In this document: positions 63,650 to 64,000 of the stretch, piece by piece
Layout of the letters: the number at the start of each line of letters is the position of its first letter
Numbering within the stretch: the stretch's first letter is position 1
Translations under genes and position numbers: made by a program
IMG/VR virus record: IMGVR_UViG_3300027628_000015
Reading direction: 5' to 3' (one strand)
Origin: an uncultured virus (IMG/VR IMGVR_UViG_3300027628_000015)
Taxonomy: Duplodnaviria; Heunggongvirae; Uroviricota; Caudoviricetes; Herelleviridae
DNA length: 64,000 nt
Notes under the pieces: generated by a model
What the model was told of the DNA's origin: nothing
Database searches by the model: none
The model's input: the letters and a program-made list of their open reading frames with translations, nothing else

Positions 63650-64000
63650 ATGGCTAAAGAACAATTTATTTTTGATGTCGATGCGGAAACCAGTAAGGCG
63701 GTCTCTAAGCTAGAGAAAATTGAAAGGCTAATGAATAAACTAAATAGTGTACATATTAAAGGTGTAGACAATTATTCTACAACCAATCAAAAAGATATGG
63801 ACAAAAATATGCGTTCCATGAGACAGCTTACTAAACTCTATAGTGAGATGGACCGTGACCTTACAAATCTTCAAGCTAAGATGAGAAAAATGTCCGATGG
63901 GCTTGAAGTACCTACAGGTGCTACACAAGAGCAACGTGAGGAAATCGAAAAGCTAAAGCAGGCTATCGTTGATCAAACAGAAACAGCAATTAAACAACAG
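63650..64000 (+). CDS. tape measure protein, N-terminal part (runs off window)
   Basis: MAKEQFIFDVDAETSKAV..., helical; RBS AAGGGAG; synteny. Confidence 0.8.
   Translation, partial: MAKEQFIFDVDAETSKAVSKLEKIERLMNKLNSVHIKGVDNYSTTNQKDMDKNMRSMRQLTKLYSEMDRDLTNLQAKMRKMSDGLEVPTGATQEQREEIEKLKQAIVDQTETAIKQQ

Overview
A 64-kb segment of a large lytic Bacillus-group myovirus with SPO1/Bastille-like (Herelleviridae) architecture. 1-16.7 kb holds + strand small accessory genes, a beta-helix tailspike-like gene and a SigE-like sigma factor fused to an extra domain. 16.7-23.6 kb is a dense early/host-takeover array of short cassettes, each with a strong sigmaA promoter carrying a TTGA-N7-TCAA palindrome; it includes an RNAP alpha-CTD fusion and an Ocr-like DNA mimic and probably lies in the long terminal repeat. 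23.7-42.1 kb is a - strand block (subtilase, poly-gamma-glutamate hydrolase, YjbA/MdfA homolog, DHFR, dNMP kinase, ThyA, PhoH, endolysin, terminase). 44.4-45.0 kb is an AT-rich duplicated origin-like region. 45.3-47.4 kb has 11 tRNAs plus structured non-tRNA elements. 47.5-64 kb is the head/neck/tail module (portal, protease, major capsid, sheath, tube, frameshifted tail chaperones, start of tape measure) with inserted beta-helix, 3D-domain and Rok-like genes. The most notable signal is a set of phage copies of host regulators (alpha-CTD, SigE, MdfA, Rok, a WalR-box-controlled 3D protein) plus repeated non-coding architecture. All family assignments are by eye from remembered motifs; no database search was run.
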